From Candidatus Eiseniibacteriota bacterium (GTDB lineage: Bacteria; Eisenbacteria; RBG-16-71-46; CAIMUX01; VGJL01), in assembly GCA_041946735.1 (NCBI GenBank), contig JBHGAY010000016.1, positions 1 through 64,000 on the forward strand: 64,000 nucleotides of DNA, read 5' to 3'. How positions within the stretch are numbered: the stretch's first letter is position 1; every line of letters starts with the position of its first letter. Positions 37,385 to 47,589 of this stretch are shown here, one piece after another. The notes below the pieces were generated by a model that saw only the letters and a list, made by a program, of their open reading frames with translations, did no database searches and had not been told where the DNA came from. A program made the position numbers and the translations under genes.

Positions 37385-38176
37385 ATGGCAAGTACGCTCA
37401 CGTCCGTCGATCGCCTGCTCCGGCATCTCAATCTGGGGCGCGAGGCGCCGAGCCTCGACTATCTCCATCGCGTGATTCGCGAGCATCAGATGCGCGTGCC
37501 GTTCGAGACGTTGACCAAGCTGCTCGACTACGAGCCTGGACTGCGCCGTGGCGATTTCCTGCCGTCCTTCGACGAGTACGTCGAGCGGATCGTGACGAGA
37601 GGTGGCGGCGGGCTCTGTTGGACGCTTGCTCGCGGCCTTCACGTTCTCTTGACCGACCTGGGCTTCGATGCATCTCTCATGATCATGGAGCCGGGGCACT
37701 GCTGCGTGCGTGTCGAGCTGCCGGATGGGTCCTTCTACGCCGACGTGGGGTATGCAGCCCCTATCTTTCGCGCGTACCCACTCTACGAATCGTTTTCCCT
37801 CGATACGCCGCGCGAGAAGTTCGAGTACAAGGTCGGCGAGGATGGTATCTTCGTGACCCGCAATCCAGGGCCGACGAAGAAGCTCGATCCAACGCCACGA
37901 GCGATCGGGGATCTCCGCGGTCTCATCACAGCCGCCAATGACTGGACCGTTCCGCACAGCTTCCTGAGGCGGCTTGCCTATGCGGGCTATGTCGACGGGG
38001 TCTATACGAGCCTCAACAATGGCACCCTACGCCGCTACCTGCCGGGCGGCCTCGAGACGACAGAGCTCGAGCCCGCGGACATTCCGAGCGCCCTCGGCGT
38101 CACCTTCGGCGTCGATCCGGACCTCTATCGCGAGGCGGCAGCCGTCCATCGGCGTTACGCCCCTCCGTCCGAGTGA
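37385..38176 (+). CDS. Arylamine N-acetyltransferase family protein
   Basis: VPFETL, RGGGGLC (catalytic Cys), PGH, ADVG. Confidence 0.85.
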   Translation: MASTLTSVDRLLRHLNLGREAPSLDYLHRVIREHQMRVPFETLTKLLDYEPGLRRGDFLPSFDEYVERIVTRGGGGLCWTLARGLHVLLTDLGFDASLMIMEPGHCCVRVELPDGSFYADVGYAAPIFRAYPLYESFSLDTPREKFEYKVGEDGIFVTRNPGPTKKLDPTPRAIGDLRGLITAANDWTVPHSFLRRLAYAGYVDGVYTSLNNGTLRRYLPGGLETTELEPADIPSALGVTFGVDPDLYREAAAVHRRYAPPSE

Positions 38177-38190
38177 ACGACGTCCCGGAG

Positions 38191-39417
38191 TTACGCGGCG
38201 CGCATCGCGTCGAGGACGCCGGGGAAGGGGCGTAGCGCGCGCTCGAAGACCCCGAGCGTCCAGGCGATGGCCATCCCGTAGTTCGTGATCGGCACGCCGG
38301 CCTGCCGGCATTTCAGGATCCGCGAGAGGACTTCGCGGCGGGTCAGCATGCACGATCCGCAGTGGACGACGAGCCGGTAGCTCCGCAGGTCGGGCGGAAA
38401 GTCGTGGCCCTGGCTGATGTGGACGTCGAGCGCGCCGCCCGCCTTTTCCGAAAGCCAGCGCGGGATCTTGACGCGTCCGATGTCCTCGCCGATCGGGTGG
38501 TGCGTGCACGCCTCCGCGATCAGCACGCGGTCGCCCGGCCGCAGTCCGGCGATCGTGCCCGCGCCGCGCGCGAACTCGGCGAGGTCCCCTTTCTGGCGTG
38601 AGAAGAGAATCGAGAACGAGGTCATGGGGATCTCAGGCGGCGTCTGGCGCGCGACCTCGGCGAAGGCTTGCGAATCGGTCACGACGAGCGCGGGAGGCTC
38701 GGCCGCCAGGCGCGCGATCGTGCGCGCGAGTTCCGGCACCTGGACGACGACCGAGCCCGCGTGGTGGTCCAACAGGTCGCGGATCACCTGCGCCTGCGGC
38801 AGAATCAGGCGCCCCTTCGGCGCCTCCTTGTCGATCGGGACGACGAGCACGGCCAGCCCGCCCGGCGGCACGAGGTCGCCCACGAGCGGCAAGGCGTTGA
38901 CGAAGTCCTCGGGCGCCGCCGCTACGATCGCTTCTCGCAGGCGGTCGATCCCGGCTCCGCTCGCGGCCGCCGTCCGCAGGAACGGGACTCCGCTCGCGCG
39001 GAAGCGCTCCTCGAGGTCGAGGTCGGGAGGACCGAGATCGCTCTTGTTCAGGACGACGAGTACCGGCGCCTCGCGCGCGGCCAGCTCCTGGAGCAGCGAC
39101 TCCTCGAAGGCCTCCCAGCGTCCAGCTTGCGCGACCAGGATGCCGAGATCGACGCGGTCGAGGATCGCCTTCGTGCGCGCGACCCGCTGGCCGCCGAGAT
39201 CGCTGGTGTCGTCGACGCCGGCCGTATCGATGAAGAGGACCGGTCCCAGCGGGGCCAGCTCCATCGGCTTCTCGACCGGATCGGTCGTCGTCCCCGCCAC
39301 GTCGGACACGATCGATACCTGTTGGCGGGTCAGCGCATTCAGGAGCGAGGACTTCCCTACGTTGCGGCGGCCGAAGATTCCGATGTGGAGGCGGTTGCCT
39401 TTTGGCGTTCGTTGCAT
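38191..39417 (-). CDS. hydF: [FeFe]-hydrogenase maturation GTPase HydF
   Basis: GRRNVGKSS, DTAG, NKSD, APKGRLILPQ, CTHH..HCGSC. Confidence 0.96.
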   Translation of the reverse strand: MQRTPKGNRLHIGIFGRRNVGKSSLLNALTRQQVSIVSDVAGTTTDPVEKPMELAPLGPVLFIDTAGVDDTSDLGGQRVARTKAILDRVDLGILVAQAGRWEAFEESLLQELAAREAPVLVVLNKSDLGPPDLDLEERFRASGVPFLRTAAASGAGIDRLREAIVAAAPEDFVNALPLVGDLVPPGGLAVLVVPIDKEAPKGRLILPQAQVIRDLLDHHAGSVVVQVPELARTIARLAAEPPALVVTDSQAFAEVARQTPPEIPMTSFSILFSRQKGDLAEFARGAGTIAGLRPGDRVLIAEACTHHPIGEDIGRVKIPRWLSEKAGGALDVHISQGHDFPPDLRSYRLVVHCGSCMLTRREVLSRILKCRQAGVPITNYGMAIAWTLGVFERALRPFPGVLDAMRAA

Positions 39418-39467
39418 GGCGCTCCTCCGGTTTGCCCTCCGGTCCCCGGGATCCGTGTCGTCTCCTC

Positions 39468-40949
39468 TCAGAAGTAGAGGTCGCGGTCGTCCGTCTCGCG
39501 GATTCGCCGAAGCCGCTCTTGGACCGCCGCCCGAACTCGCGCGTCCTCGATCCCGGCCAGCTCGCGCTCGATCTGCGCCATCCCCGCCGCGCGAGTCTCG
39601 GGCGACGCGTAGTCCACCAGATACTCGGCAAGGGTCGTCAGCGCGTTCGGCGCGCAGAAGCGCTTGATGAAGCCGGGGACCGCGAACTCCATGAAGTGCT
39701 CGCCCGTTCTTCCCAGGCGGTAGCACGCGGTGCAGAAGCTTGGGAGGTGGCCATCCTCGATCAGCTCGCGCATCACGTCGTCGAGCGGCCGGATGTCCCC
39801 GAGGCGGAACTGCTCGCGCTCCATCTGCTGCGCGTCCCCCGCCTCGGTATAGCCCCCCAGTTCGATGCGGCTGCCCGCGTCGATCTGCGAGACCCCGAAA
39901 TCCATGAGGGATCGCCGCAGCGCCGGATCCTCACGGGCCGTCAAGATCAGTCCCGTGTACGGGACGGCCAGACGAAGCAAAGCCACGACGCGCCGGAACG
40001 ACTCGTCCGACACCGGCACGCCCCCGCGAAGGTCGACGCCGGCGGCCGGCTGGAGGCGCGGGAAGCTGATCGTATGCGGCCCGACGCCGTAACGCTCCTG
40101 GAGGTGCAGGGCGTGCGCGACGAGCCCCAGGATCTCGAAGCGCCAGTCGTCGTGCAGCCCGAACAACGCGCCGATCCCCACGTCGTCGCACCCCGCCTCC
40201 ATGGCGCGGCCGGGGGCGTCGAGCCGCCAGAGGTAGTCGGCCTTCCTCGTCCCTTTCGGATGAACGCGCGCGTAGGTCGCGTGGTGGTAGGTCTCCTGGA
40301 AGATCTGGTAGGTGCCGATCCCGGCCGCCTTCACCGTCGCGAAGCCCTCGTGGTCGAGCGGGGCGGCGTTGATGTTCACGCGACGGATCTCGCCGTGTCC
40401 GCTGCGCGTTTCGTAGACCGTGCGTACCGTCTCGGCGATATAGGTCGCGTCGTAGCGCGGATGCTCCCCGAAGACGAGGATCAGCCGCTTGTGTCCCATC
40501 GCTTCGAGCGCGAGCACCTGGCGGCGCACCTCCTCGTCGTCGAGCGTGCGGCGCACCGCTTCGCGGTTCGAACGCCGGAAGCCGCAGTAGGCGCAGTCGT
40601 TCACGCAAAGATTGCCGACGTAGAGCGGCGCGAACAGGACGATCCGGTTGCCGTAGACGTTCCGCTTGAGAGCGCGCGCCGCCTCGAAGATCTCCTCGAG
40701 GAGGTCGGTGTCGGTCACGCGCAGGAGCGTGGCCGTCTCGTCCACGCTCAGCGCCTGCTTCGCCAGGCTCTTCGCGAGGATCTCCCGGACCTTTGCGGGA
40801 TCGGGACGGTCGACCGCATCATCTTTGGCTCCGAGCAGCGCGGCGAGACGGGCGTCGTCGATGAAGTCCCTCGCGCCAGCCGACAAGCCGCGCCGCGGGC
40901 CGGAGGCCGCGGACGCGGACCGCTCCGCGCTTCGAGACGCTTCCATCAT
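39468..40949 (-). CDS. hydG: [FeFe]-hydrogenase maturation radical SAM protein HydG
   Basis: CVNDCAYC, FQETYH, PHTISFPR, C-terminal FCTACYR..C. Confidence 0.96.
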   Translation of the reverse strand: MMEASRSAERSASAASGPRRGLSAGARDFIDDARLAALLGAKDDAVDRPDPAKVREILAKSLAKQALSVDETATLLRVTDTDLLEEIFEAARALKRNVYGNRIVLFAPLYVGNLCVNDCAYCGFRRSNREAVRRTLDDEEVRRQVLALEAMGHKRLILVFGEHPRYDATYIAETVRTVYETRSGHGEIRRVNINAAPLDHEGFATVKAAGIGTYQIFQETYHHATYARVHPKGTRKADYLWRLDAPGRAMEAGCDDVGIGALFGLHDDWRFEILGLVAHALHLQERYGVGPHTISFPRLQPAAGVDLRGGVPVSDESFRRVVALLRLAVPYTGLILTAREDPALRRSLMDFGVSQIDAGSRIELGGYTEAGDAQQMEREQFRLGDIRPLDDVMRELIEDGHLPSFCTACYRLGRTGEHFMEFAVPGFIKRFCAPNALTTLAEYLVDYASPETRAAGMAQIERELAGIEDARVRAAVQERLRRIRETDDRDLYF

Positions 40950-42082
40950 GGGATCCTCCGCGGCCGTCGTGGCGATGCCTGTGGCGCGGCGCACGCCTGC
41001 GGCGATCGTTTGCGCGCGTTCGCGGATCCGCCAGGGCCGGCGCCCACGACCCGCCCGATCGCGCGGATCTTGCCCTCCACCGACCGGCCCGAGGTGGGCA
41101 GTTCTGACGCCCGGGCATCGGATGGCGTCTCGCTGAGGCACGCCTTTTCCGGGTAGATCTCATAGAGGCGCCGGTACCGCATGGGTGTCACGTTGGGCAT
41201 CAGGACGTTTGCACCACGCCGCAATCCGCGCTCGCGCCCTTCGGCAGGGTCGAGCGTCGCGAGCGCCGTCGTGCTCGGAATGTTCGCGTCGGGACAGAGG
41301 AGGCGCGCCAGCGCGATCACGCGGTAGGTCGCCTCCGGCGTGTGGGGGACGCCGCCTCCCGCGCCGGCCGCCGACGCGAGCGGGGTGTCCGGGTGCGGCA
41401 CGTAGGGGCCGACTCCGATCATGTCGAGATCGAGGTCGCGGAACGCGAGCAGGTCGTCCGCGAGATCCTCCCATGTCTGCCCCGGGATGCCCACCATCAC
41501 GCCGCTTCCCACCTCGTAGCCGATCGCGCGCAACGCGCGCAGGATCCGAAAGCGATCGGACTCGCTCCCCGGACGGCGCGCCGGATGGATCGCGTCGTAA
41601 AGCCGCCGGTTCGACGTCTCGAAGCGGAGCAGGTACCGGTCCGCTCCGGCCGCGCGCCACAGCGTCAGGTCCTGTTCGCTTCGCTCCCCGAGCGAGAGCG
41701 TGACCGCCAGGCCGGTCGCCTCCTTGATCCGCCGGACGATCGACGCGATCCCCGGTCCGTCGTAGAAGGGATCCTCGCCGGACTGCAAAACGACCGTCCC
41801 GTAGCCGAGCCGCGCCGCGTCCGCGGCCGCCGCGACGATTTCATCTCCGCTCATCCGGTAGCGGACGAGGCCGCGGTTCTCCGCGCGGATCCCGCAATAG
41901 GCGCACGCGCGCACGCAGTAGTTCGAGAACTCGATCAGTCCGCGCAGGTGCACCTGGTCACCGACATGCTCGCGGCGGACCCGATCGGCGAGATCCCAGA
42001 GGATTTCGAGCCGCTCGGGATCCTCCTCGCGCAGCCAGAGCAGGATCTCCTGCCGGCCGAGTTCTGCGTGGGCCCCGGGCAT
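40946..42082 (-). CDS. hydE: [FeFe]-hydrogenase maturation radical SAM protein HydE
   Basis: RGLIEFSNYCVRACAYC, LQSGED, RYLLRFET, GANVLMPN, YEIYP.K.C. Confidence 0.95.
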   Translation of the reverse strand: MPGAHAELGRQEILLWLREEDPERLEILWDLADRVRREHVGDQVHLRGLIEFSNYCVRACAYCGIRAENRGLVRYRMSGDEIVAAAADAARLGYGTVVLQSGEDPFYDGPGIASIVRRIKEATGLAVTLSLGERSEQDLTLWRAAGADRYLLRFETSNRRLYDAIHPARRPGSESDRFRILRALRAIGYEVGSGVMVGIPGQTWEDLADDLLAFRDLDLDMIGVGPYVPHPDTPLASAAGAGGGVPHTPEATYRVIALARLLCPDANIPSTTALATLDPAEGRERGLRRGANVLMPNVTPMRYRRLYEIYPEKACLSETPSDARASELPTSGRSVEGKIRAIGRVVGAGPGGSANARKRSPQACAAPQASPRRPRRIP

Positions 42083-43323
42083 CAGGATCCTGTCTCGGGC
42101 GACCGGTCTTGAGACGCGGAGGCAGCCGCCGTGGACGCAGCCGCGCCAGCAGCCGCGGCCGGCGCTCCCGCCAGTGTCTGGGCCCCCGGGGCAGGCTCCG
42201 GCCACCGGAGCGTGACCGTGAACGTGCTCCCCACCCCGCGCTCGCTCTCGACGGTCGCCTCTCCTCGATAGGCGTGCGCGATCTTCCTGACGATCGACAG
42301 TCCGAGTCCGCTCCCCAGGACGTTTCGCGTCTCGTCGTTCTTGATCCGTACGAACTCCTGGAACAGCCGCGCCGCTTCCGCCGGCGTCAGCCCGATGCCC
42401 GTGTCGCGCACGCGCACGACGGCGCCGTCCGGACCGGACTCGATCGCCACCTCCACCTTCCCGTCGTCCCGGTTGTACTTCACGGCGTTCGTGATGAGAT
42501 TGTTCAGGATGATCTCCATCTCGCCGCGATCCGCTTCGAAGGGGACCGGTCCCGCCTCGGGCGTCGCCAACGTGATCGCGATCCGGCGCGCCTGCGCATC
42601 CGGTGTGACCGTGTCGATCGAGGCTTGCGCGATCTCCCGCAGGTCGACCGGGACGAACTCCCGCTTCTTCTGCCCCGACTCCAGGCGCGTCAGGTCGAGC
42701 AGATCGAGGATCAGCTTGCGCATTCCCTCGACCCGGACGAGCGACCGCTCGATGGCCTTTTCGTAGGAATCGAGCGAGTCGCCCGAGTAGCGGTTCTTCA
42801 TCACATAGAGGTATCCCTCGATGGCCGCCAGCGGCGCCTTCAGTTCGTGGACGAGCACCGAGATGAACTGGAAGCGGATTTGCCGCTTCTCCTCGGCCAG
42901 CTTGCGCGCACGGCGCTGCAGGAGGAGATGGTTCGACGCCTTCCGCAGCGCCGCTTTCAGTTCCTCCGGCGTGAATGGCTTGGCCAGGAAGTCGTAGGCT
43001 CCGCGCTTGGTCGCGATGACCGCAGTTTCCAGCGAGGCGTAGGCAGTGATCATGACAGTCAGCATGTCGAGGTCCCGGCCGGCGAGGTTGTTCAAAAGAT
43101 CGAGCCCCGTCATTCCCGGCAGCTTGTGGTCGAGCAGGATCAGGTCGGGCGGCTCTGCCAGGATCCGCGCGAGCGCTTCCTCCCCCGAGTCCGCTTGCTC
43201 GACCCGGAAGCGCACCTCCTCGTCGCAGTCGGGGAGATGCGCCGCGTAGCGCTCCAGCGTGCGCACGACCGCCATGCGCATTCCCGGCTCGTCGTCGACG
43301 ATCAGGACGCGGAGAGGATCCAT
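42082..43323 (-). CDS. Hybrid receiver-histidine kinase (REC-HisKA-HATPase)
   Basis: LIVDDE, D.KLPG, KPF; H-box HELKAPL; NAVKYN, DTGIG, GSGLGL. Confidence 0.93.
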   Translation of the reverse strand: MDPLRVLIVDDEPGMRMAVVRTLERYAAHLPDCDEEVRFRVEQADSGEEALARILAEPPDLILLDHKLPGMTGLDLLNNLAGRDLDMLTVMITAYASLETAVIATKRGAYDFLAKPFTPEELKAALRKASNHLLLQRRARKLAEEKRQIRFQFISVLVHELKAPLAAIEGYLYVMKNRYSGDSLDSYEKAIERSLVRVEGMRKLILDLLDLTRLESGQKKREFVPVDLREIAQASIDTVTPDAQARRIAITLATPEAGPVPFEADRGEMEIILNNLITNAVKYNRDDGKVEVAIESGPDGAVVRVRDTGIGLTPAEAARLFQEFVRIKNDETRNVLGSGLGLSIVRKIAHAYRGEATVESERGVGSTFTVTLRWPEPAPGAQTLAGAPAAAAGAAASTAAASASQDRSPETGS

Positions 43324-43337
43324 CTTGAGCCTCCGCC

Positions 43338-43757
43338 TCAGCCCTTCAGCAGGCGATCGATCTCGCCCCGGAGCTGCTCGTAGCGAACCGGCTTCGTGAG
43401 GACCGCGTCGACCTTCATCCAGGACCGCTCCTCGTGAGTCGTCGCGTCGAACTCGATGCCCGTCTCGCTCGTGACGCCGGTGACCAGGATCACGGGCATC
43501 ATCGGGTGCTGCTTCTTGATCCGGTAGGAGAGGACGAAACCCGCGTCCATCTGCTCCATCATCAGATCGAGGACGGCCAGGTCCGGCTGCCGCTTCGCGA
43601 GGAGTTCTTCCGCCTGCTTCTCCCCCACCGCCGCGAGGACCTCGAAGCCGTCCGCCTCGAGGCGCATCCGCTGCAGCTCGAGGAAGTCCTCGTCGTCGTC
43701 GACGAGGAGGATCGTCCGGCCCCTCTTGTTCCGCCCGGAGTTGCCTTCGCTTTGCAT
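43338..43757 (-). CDS. Single-domain response regulator
   Basis: LLVDDD, DLMME, KP; no output domain. Confidence 0.9.
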   Translation of the reverse strand: MQSEGNSGRNKRGRTILLVDDDEDFLELQRMRLEADGFEVLAAVGEKQAEELLAKRQPDLAVLDLMMEQMDAGFVLSYRIKKQHPMMPVILVTGVTSETGIEFDATTHEERSWMKVDAVLTKPVRYEQLRGEIDRLLKG

Positions 43758-45760
43758 CAGTCCTGCTCTCCCTTCCGGGGAAGGGTGACGAGGAACGTCG
43801 TTCCGTGATCGTCACCCGGCCCGGTCTTCGACTCGACGCGGATATCTCCTCGGTGCATCTTCACGATTCCGTAGGACACAGCAAGCCCGAGTCCGGTCCC
43901 CTTGCCGATCTGCTTGGTCGTGAAGAACGGCTCGAAGAGCTTCTTCCGATTCTCCTCGGGGATTCCGACACCGGTGTCGGCGACGGAGATCGCGACCCTC
44001 TTTTCGTCCCCGGACGTGGAGATGGTCAGCGATCCTCCCGAAGACATCGCCTCGTACGCATTGCTGATCAGGTTGATCAACACTTGCGTGATCTGGTCCC
44101 CGTCAATCTCGGCGATCGGATCGGCGAGCTGATGGCGTATGCGGACGATCACGTTCGGAGGCGTACGCATGGTCTTCAGGCTGCGCGCCACGATCTCGCG
44201 CAAGTCGACAGGCTCGAGAACGACCTTGTTCTGGCGCGCAAAGTTCAGCAATCCCGCGACGATCTTCTTGCAGCGATCTGTCTCCTTGGCGATCATCGAC
44301 AGGTCGTCGCGCATCTTCGAACCCTCCTCGCATTCGTCGAGGAGCAAGTGCGAATAGAGGAGGACGACCCCCAGCGGGTTGTTCACTTCGTGCGCGATCC
44401 CCGCCGCGAGCTGCCCCATGCTAGCAAGCTTCTCGGACTGCACGAGCGCCTGTTGCGCGCTCGCGAGCTTCTCGTGCGAGATCGCCAGCTCCTTCACGGT
44501 CTTGCCGAGTTGGTCGATCGTATAGGGGAGACACATCTCGCTTTCGGCCAGCCCGCGATGGATCGCCATCGCGTGGTCGCGACAGGTGTCGTAGCCGCAC
44601 GCGCCGCAGTTGAGCTCGTCGCTGGGGCTGGTCTTGCCCATCTGCGCCATCAGGCGAGTGAGCTCCTCCTCGGACGGCGGATCGATCCGGTGATCGTTCT
44701 CGGTGAACCGCCGCGAGAGGTCGAGGTCGGCGACGCTTTCCAGCTCCATGCGCGCCGCCTCCCGGTCGACCTCTCTCCATCGCCGCCGCACGTACCCGCT
44801 CACCTTCGATCGCCTCTTGAAGTGCGCCGCGTGTGTCGTCATCCCCGGCCCCATGATGCAGCCACCGCAGCAGAGGACCTCCAGGAGACGCGCGTCCAGA
44901 TCGCCCGTCTCGAACTCCCGGATCGCCTCCTGGAACTCGGAGCGCCCGTTGGCGGTCATGATCTCGCCCGCCATGAGGTCCTCGGTCACGTTCGCGGCCT
45001 GCAGGAGCCCTCGGCTGATGGGGAAGAGCGCGCCCAATCCGCTGCGCGGCGGGTCGAAGTCCGACGGCTCGACGGCCAGCGGATCGATCTCGCGCGCGGA
45101 GAACATCTCGCGCAGCTCGCGGAAGGTGATGGCCGCGTGGACCTCCCCGGCGGCGTTCTCGCTCGTCGCCTCGATCTTCTTGGCGATGCACGGTCCGATG
45201 AACACGATCTTCAGATCCTTCCCGTACATCTGCTTGAGCGCGCGCGAGGCGGCGAGCATCGGCGATACCACCGGCGCGAGGAATCCGATCAGATTCGGGT
45301 AGTACCGCTCGACGTACCCGACGACGGCGGGGCAGGTCGTCGCAATGTAGCGCTCCGCCGGATGCTCGGCGAGAAGCCTCCGGTATTCCCGCGCCACGAG
45401 GTCCGCGCCGAAAGCAACCTCGGCGACGTAGTCGAACCCGAGAGCGCGGATCATTCCCACCAGCCTGCGGTAATCGAGGTCGATGAACTCTGCCGGGAAG
45501 CTTGGCGCGAGGCAAGCGGCGACCCGGTGCCGTGATGCGAGCAGGCGCATCACGCCGGGGATGCAGTTCAGCACCTGCTTCGCCTGCTGGCTGCAAACGC
45601 GAATGCAGTTGCCGCAGCCGATGCAGCGCTCGCTGATCACCTCCGCCTGTCCGTTCGAGATCCGGATCGCCTTGGCGGGGCATTCCCGCACGCAGGTGTA
45701 GCAGACCCGGCAGCGCTCCTTGATCGTGGTGACCAGCGCGACGTCCGCGGCGTTCCTCAT
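43757..45760 (-). CDS. Sensory group C [FeFe]-hydrogenase fused to a histidine kinase
   Basis: 2x[4Fe-4S] N-terminus; divergent H-cluster motifs TTCP, GPCIAKK.E, LCCGGC..GPG; FeS domain [11 protein letters not shown]-box AHEVNNPL and N/G1/F/G2 boxes. Confidence 0.9.
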   Translation of the reverse strand: MRNAADVALVTTIKERCRVCYTCVRECPAKAIRISNGQAEVISERCIGCGNCIRVCSQQAKQVLNCIPGVMRLLASRHRVAACLAPSFPAEFIDLDYRRLVGMIRALGFDYVAEVAFGADLVAREYRRLLAEHPAERYIATTCPAVVGYVERYYPNLIGFLAPVVSPMLAASRALKQMYGKDLKIVFIGPCIAKKIEATSENAAGEVHAAITFRELREMFSAREIDPLAVEPSDFDPPRSGLGALFPISRGLLQAANVTEDLMAGEIMTANGRSEFQEAIREFETGDLDARLLEVLCCGGCIMGPGMTTHAAHFKRRSKVSGYVRRRWREVDREAARMELESVADLDLSRRFTENDHRIDPPSEEELTRLMAQMGKTSPSDELNCGACGYDTCRDHAMAIHRGLAESEMCLPYTIDQLGKTVKELAISHEKLASAQQALVQSEKLASMGQLAAGIAHEVNNPLGVVLLYSHLLLDECEEGSKMRDDLSMIAKETDRCKKIVAGLLNFARQNKVVLEPVDLREIVARSLKTMRTPPNVIVRIRHQLADPIAEIDGDQITQVLINLISNAYEAMSSGGSLTISTSGDEKRVAISVADTGVGIPEENRKKLFEPFFTTKQIGKGTGLGLAVSYGIVKMHRGDIRVESKTGPGDDHGTTFLVTLPRKGEQD

Positions 45761-45815
45761 CGCTCACCCCTTCGTGGACTCCGGAGCTCTCGTCCGGTCC
45801 CGCGCGCGCCCATGG

Positions 45816-47579
45816 CTAGCTCACCGTCTCACGCGCGACGTAGTGCGTGTGCAGCAGCTCATGGCTCTTCTCGCCGCACGGATCCCCGAGGAACTCCGCG
45901 TAGAGACGGTTGACCGAGGGATTGCGGTGCGACGCAATCAGCCGGTCCTCGCGGTCGATGTTGTACAGCGCCTGCATGCGGGACCGCACGGCTGCCGAAT
46001 CGAGCCGGTGAGGCTGGCCGCCCCCGCCCACGCAGCCCCCCGGGCAGGTCATCACCTCGACGAAGTGGAGGTCCTTCCTGCCCTGGCGGATCTGCTCGAG
46101 CAGGCGCCGCGCCTGGGCGAGGCCGTTGACCGCCGCCACGCCCAGCTCGAGGTCCCCGATGCGAACGCGCGCCTCCTTGATCCCGGCCGGCCCGCGGAGG
46201 GCGGGGATCCTCGGCTGCGGCATCTCCGTGCCTGTGAGGAGGAAGTGCGCGGTTCGAATCGCCGCCTCCATGACCCCGCCGGCCGCTCCGAAGAGCTTGC
46301 CCGCGCTGCTGCGCTCGCCGAAGGGATTGTCGGCCGCCTCGGAGACGCACCCCTGGAGATCGAGCCCGTGCATCCGGATGATCTGCACCAGCTCGCGCGT
46401 CGTGAGGACGGCGTCGACGTCGGGGACCCCGCCGGGGCCCATCATCTCCGGACGTCCCGCCTCGAACTTCTTCGCCGTGCAGGGCATGATCGAAACGCTG
46501 AAGATCCGGGCGGGATCCAGGTGCTGTTGCTCGGCGAAGTAGCTCTTCACGACCGCCCCCATCATCTGCTGGGGACTCTTGCACGTGGAGACGTGCCCGA
46601 GCAGGTCAGGATAGAACTGCTCGACGAACTTCACCCAGCCGGGCGAGCAGCTCGTCATCATGGGAAGAGGCCCGCCGTTCTGAACGCGATGGACCAGCTC
46701 GGAGGCCTCTTCCATGATCGTCAGGTCGGCTGCGAAGCCCGTGTCGAACACGCGGTCGAAGCCGAGTTTCCTCAAGGTCGCCGTCATGATGCCGGCGACA
46801 TCGCTTCCCGGACGGAGGCCGAACTCCTCGCCGAGGGTCACGGAGACAGACGGGGCGTGCTGCGCGATCACGTAGAGGTCCGGGTCGTTCAGCGCGTTCA
46901 GGACCTCTTTCGCATGGCTCTGCTCGCTCAGAGCGCCGGTCGGGCAGACGACGATGCACTGTCCGCAGTTGATGCAGCTCGAAACGTTCAGGCCCCGCCG
47001 GAAGGCCGTGTCGACGACGGTGTGACACCCGCGGTGCACGAAGTCGATCGCCCCCACGCCCTGGATCTCTTCGCAGACCCTCACGCACTTCCCGCACAGG
47101 ATGCACTTGGCCGGGTCGCGAATGATCGAGGGGCTCGACATGTCGACGTCCAGGTTCGACCGGTTGCCCGCGTACTGGCGCTGGCGCACTCCGAGTTCCG
47201 CGGCGAGCTTGCGCAGGTCGCAGTTCGCGTTGCGCACGCAGTAGAGGCAATCGTCGGGATGGTTGGCGAGAAGCAGCTCGACGATCGTCTTGCGCGCGCG
47301 CACCGCCCGGGGTGAGTGGGTGCGGATCTTCATCCCGTCCGCCACCGGATGCGCGCAGCTTGGGATCAGGTTCCGCTGACCCTCCACCTCGACAACGCAC
47401 ATGCGGCAGGCGCCCGTGGGCGCCATCCCTTCCATGTGGCAGAGCGTCGGCACCTGGATCCCCGACCTGCGAAGGGCGGAAAGGATCGTCTCGCCGGGCT
47501 TCGCCTCGATGGGACGCTGATTGACCTCGATCGTGATCATCTGTCTCGAACCCTCCACGCTTCGCTCCTTCGACGCCAT
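45816..47579 (-). CDS. hydA: Catalytic [FeFe]-hydrogenase subunit, group A3 (HydA/HndD); start at 47579 or 47540
   Basis: [2Fe-2S], His-ligated and 2x[4Fe-4S] motifs; P1 TSCSPGW, P2 MPCTAKKFE, P3 EVMTCPGGCVGGGGQP. Confidence 0.95.
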   Translation of the reverse strand: MASKERSVEGSRQMITIEVNQRPIEAKPGETILSALRRSGIQVPTLCHMEGMAPTGACRMCVVEVEGQRNLIPSCAHPVADGMKIRTHSPRAVRARKTIVELLLANHPDDCLYCVRNANCDLRKLAAELGVRQRQYAGNRSNLDVDMSSPSIIRDPAKCILCGKCVRVCEEIQGVGAIDFVHRGCHTVVDTAFRRGLNVSSCINCGQCIVVCPTGALSEQSHAKEVLNALNDPDLYVIAQHAPSVSVTLGEEFGLRPGSDVAGIMTATLRKLGFDRVFDTGFAADLTIMEEASELVHRVQNGGPLPMMTSCSPGWVKFVEQFYPDLLGHVSTCKSPQQMMGAVVKSYFAEQQHLDPARIFSVSIMPCTAKKFEAGRPEMMGPGGVPDVDAVLTTRELVQIIRMHGLDLQGCVSEAADNPFGERSSAGKLFGAAGGVMEAAIRTAHFLLTGTEMPQPRIPALRGPAGIKEARVRIGDLELGVAAVNGLAQARRLLEQIRQGRKDLHFVEVMTCPGGCVGGGGQPHRLDSAAVRSRMQALYNIDREDRLIASHRNPSVNRLYAEFLGDPCGEKSHELLHTHYVARETVS

Positions 47580-47589
47580 CGCATCGCCT

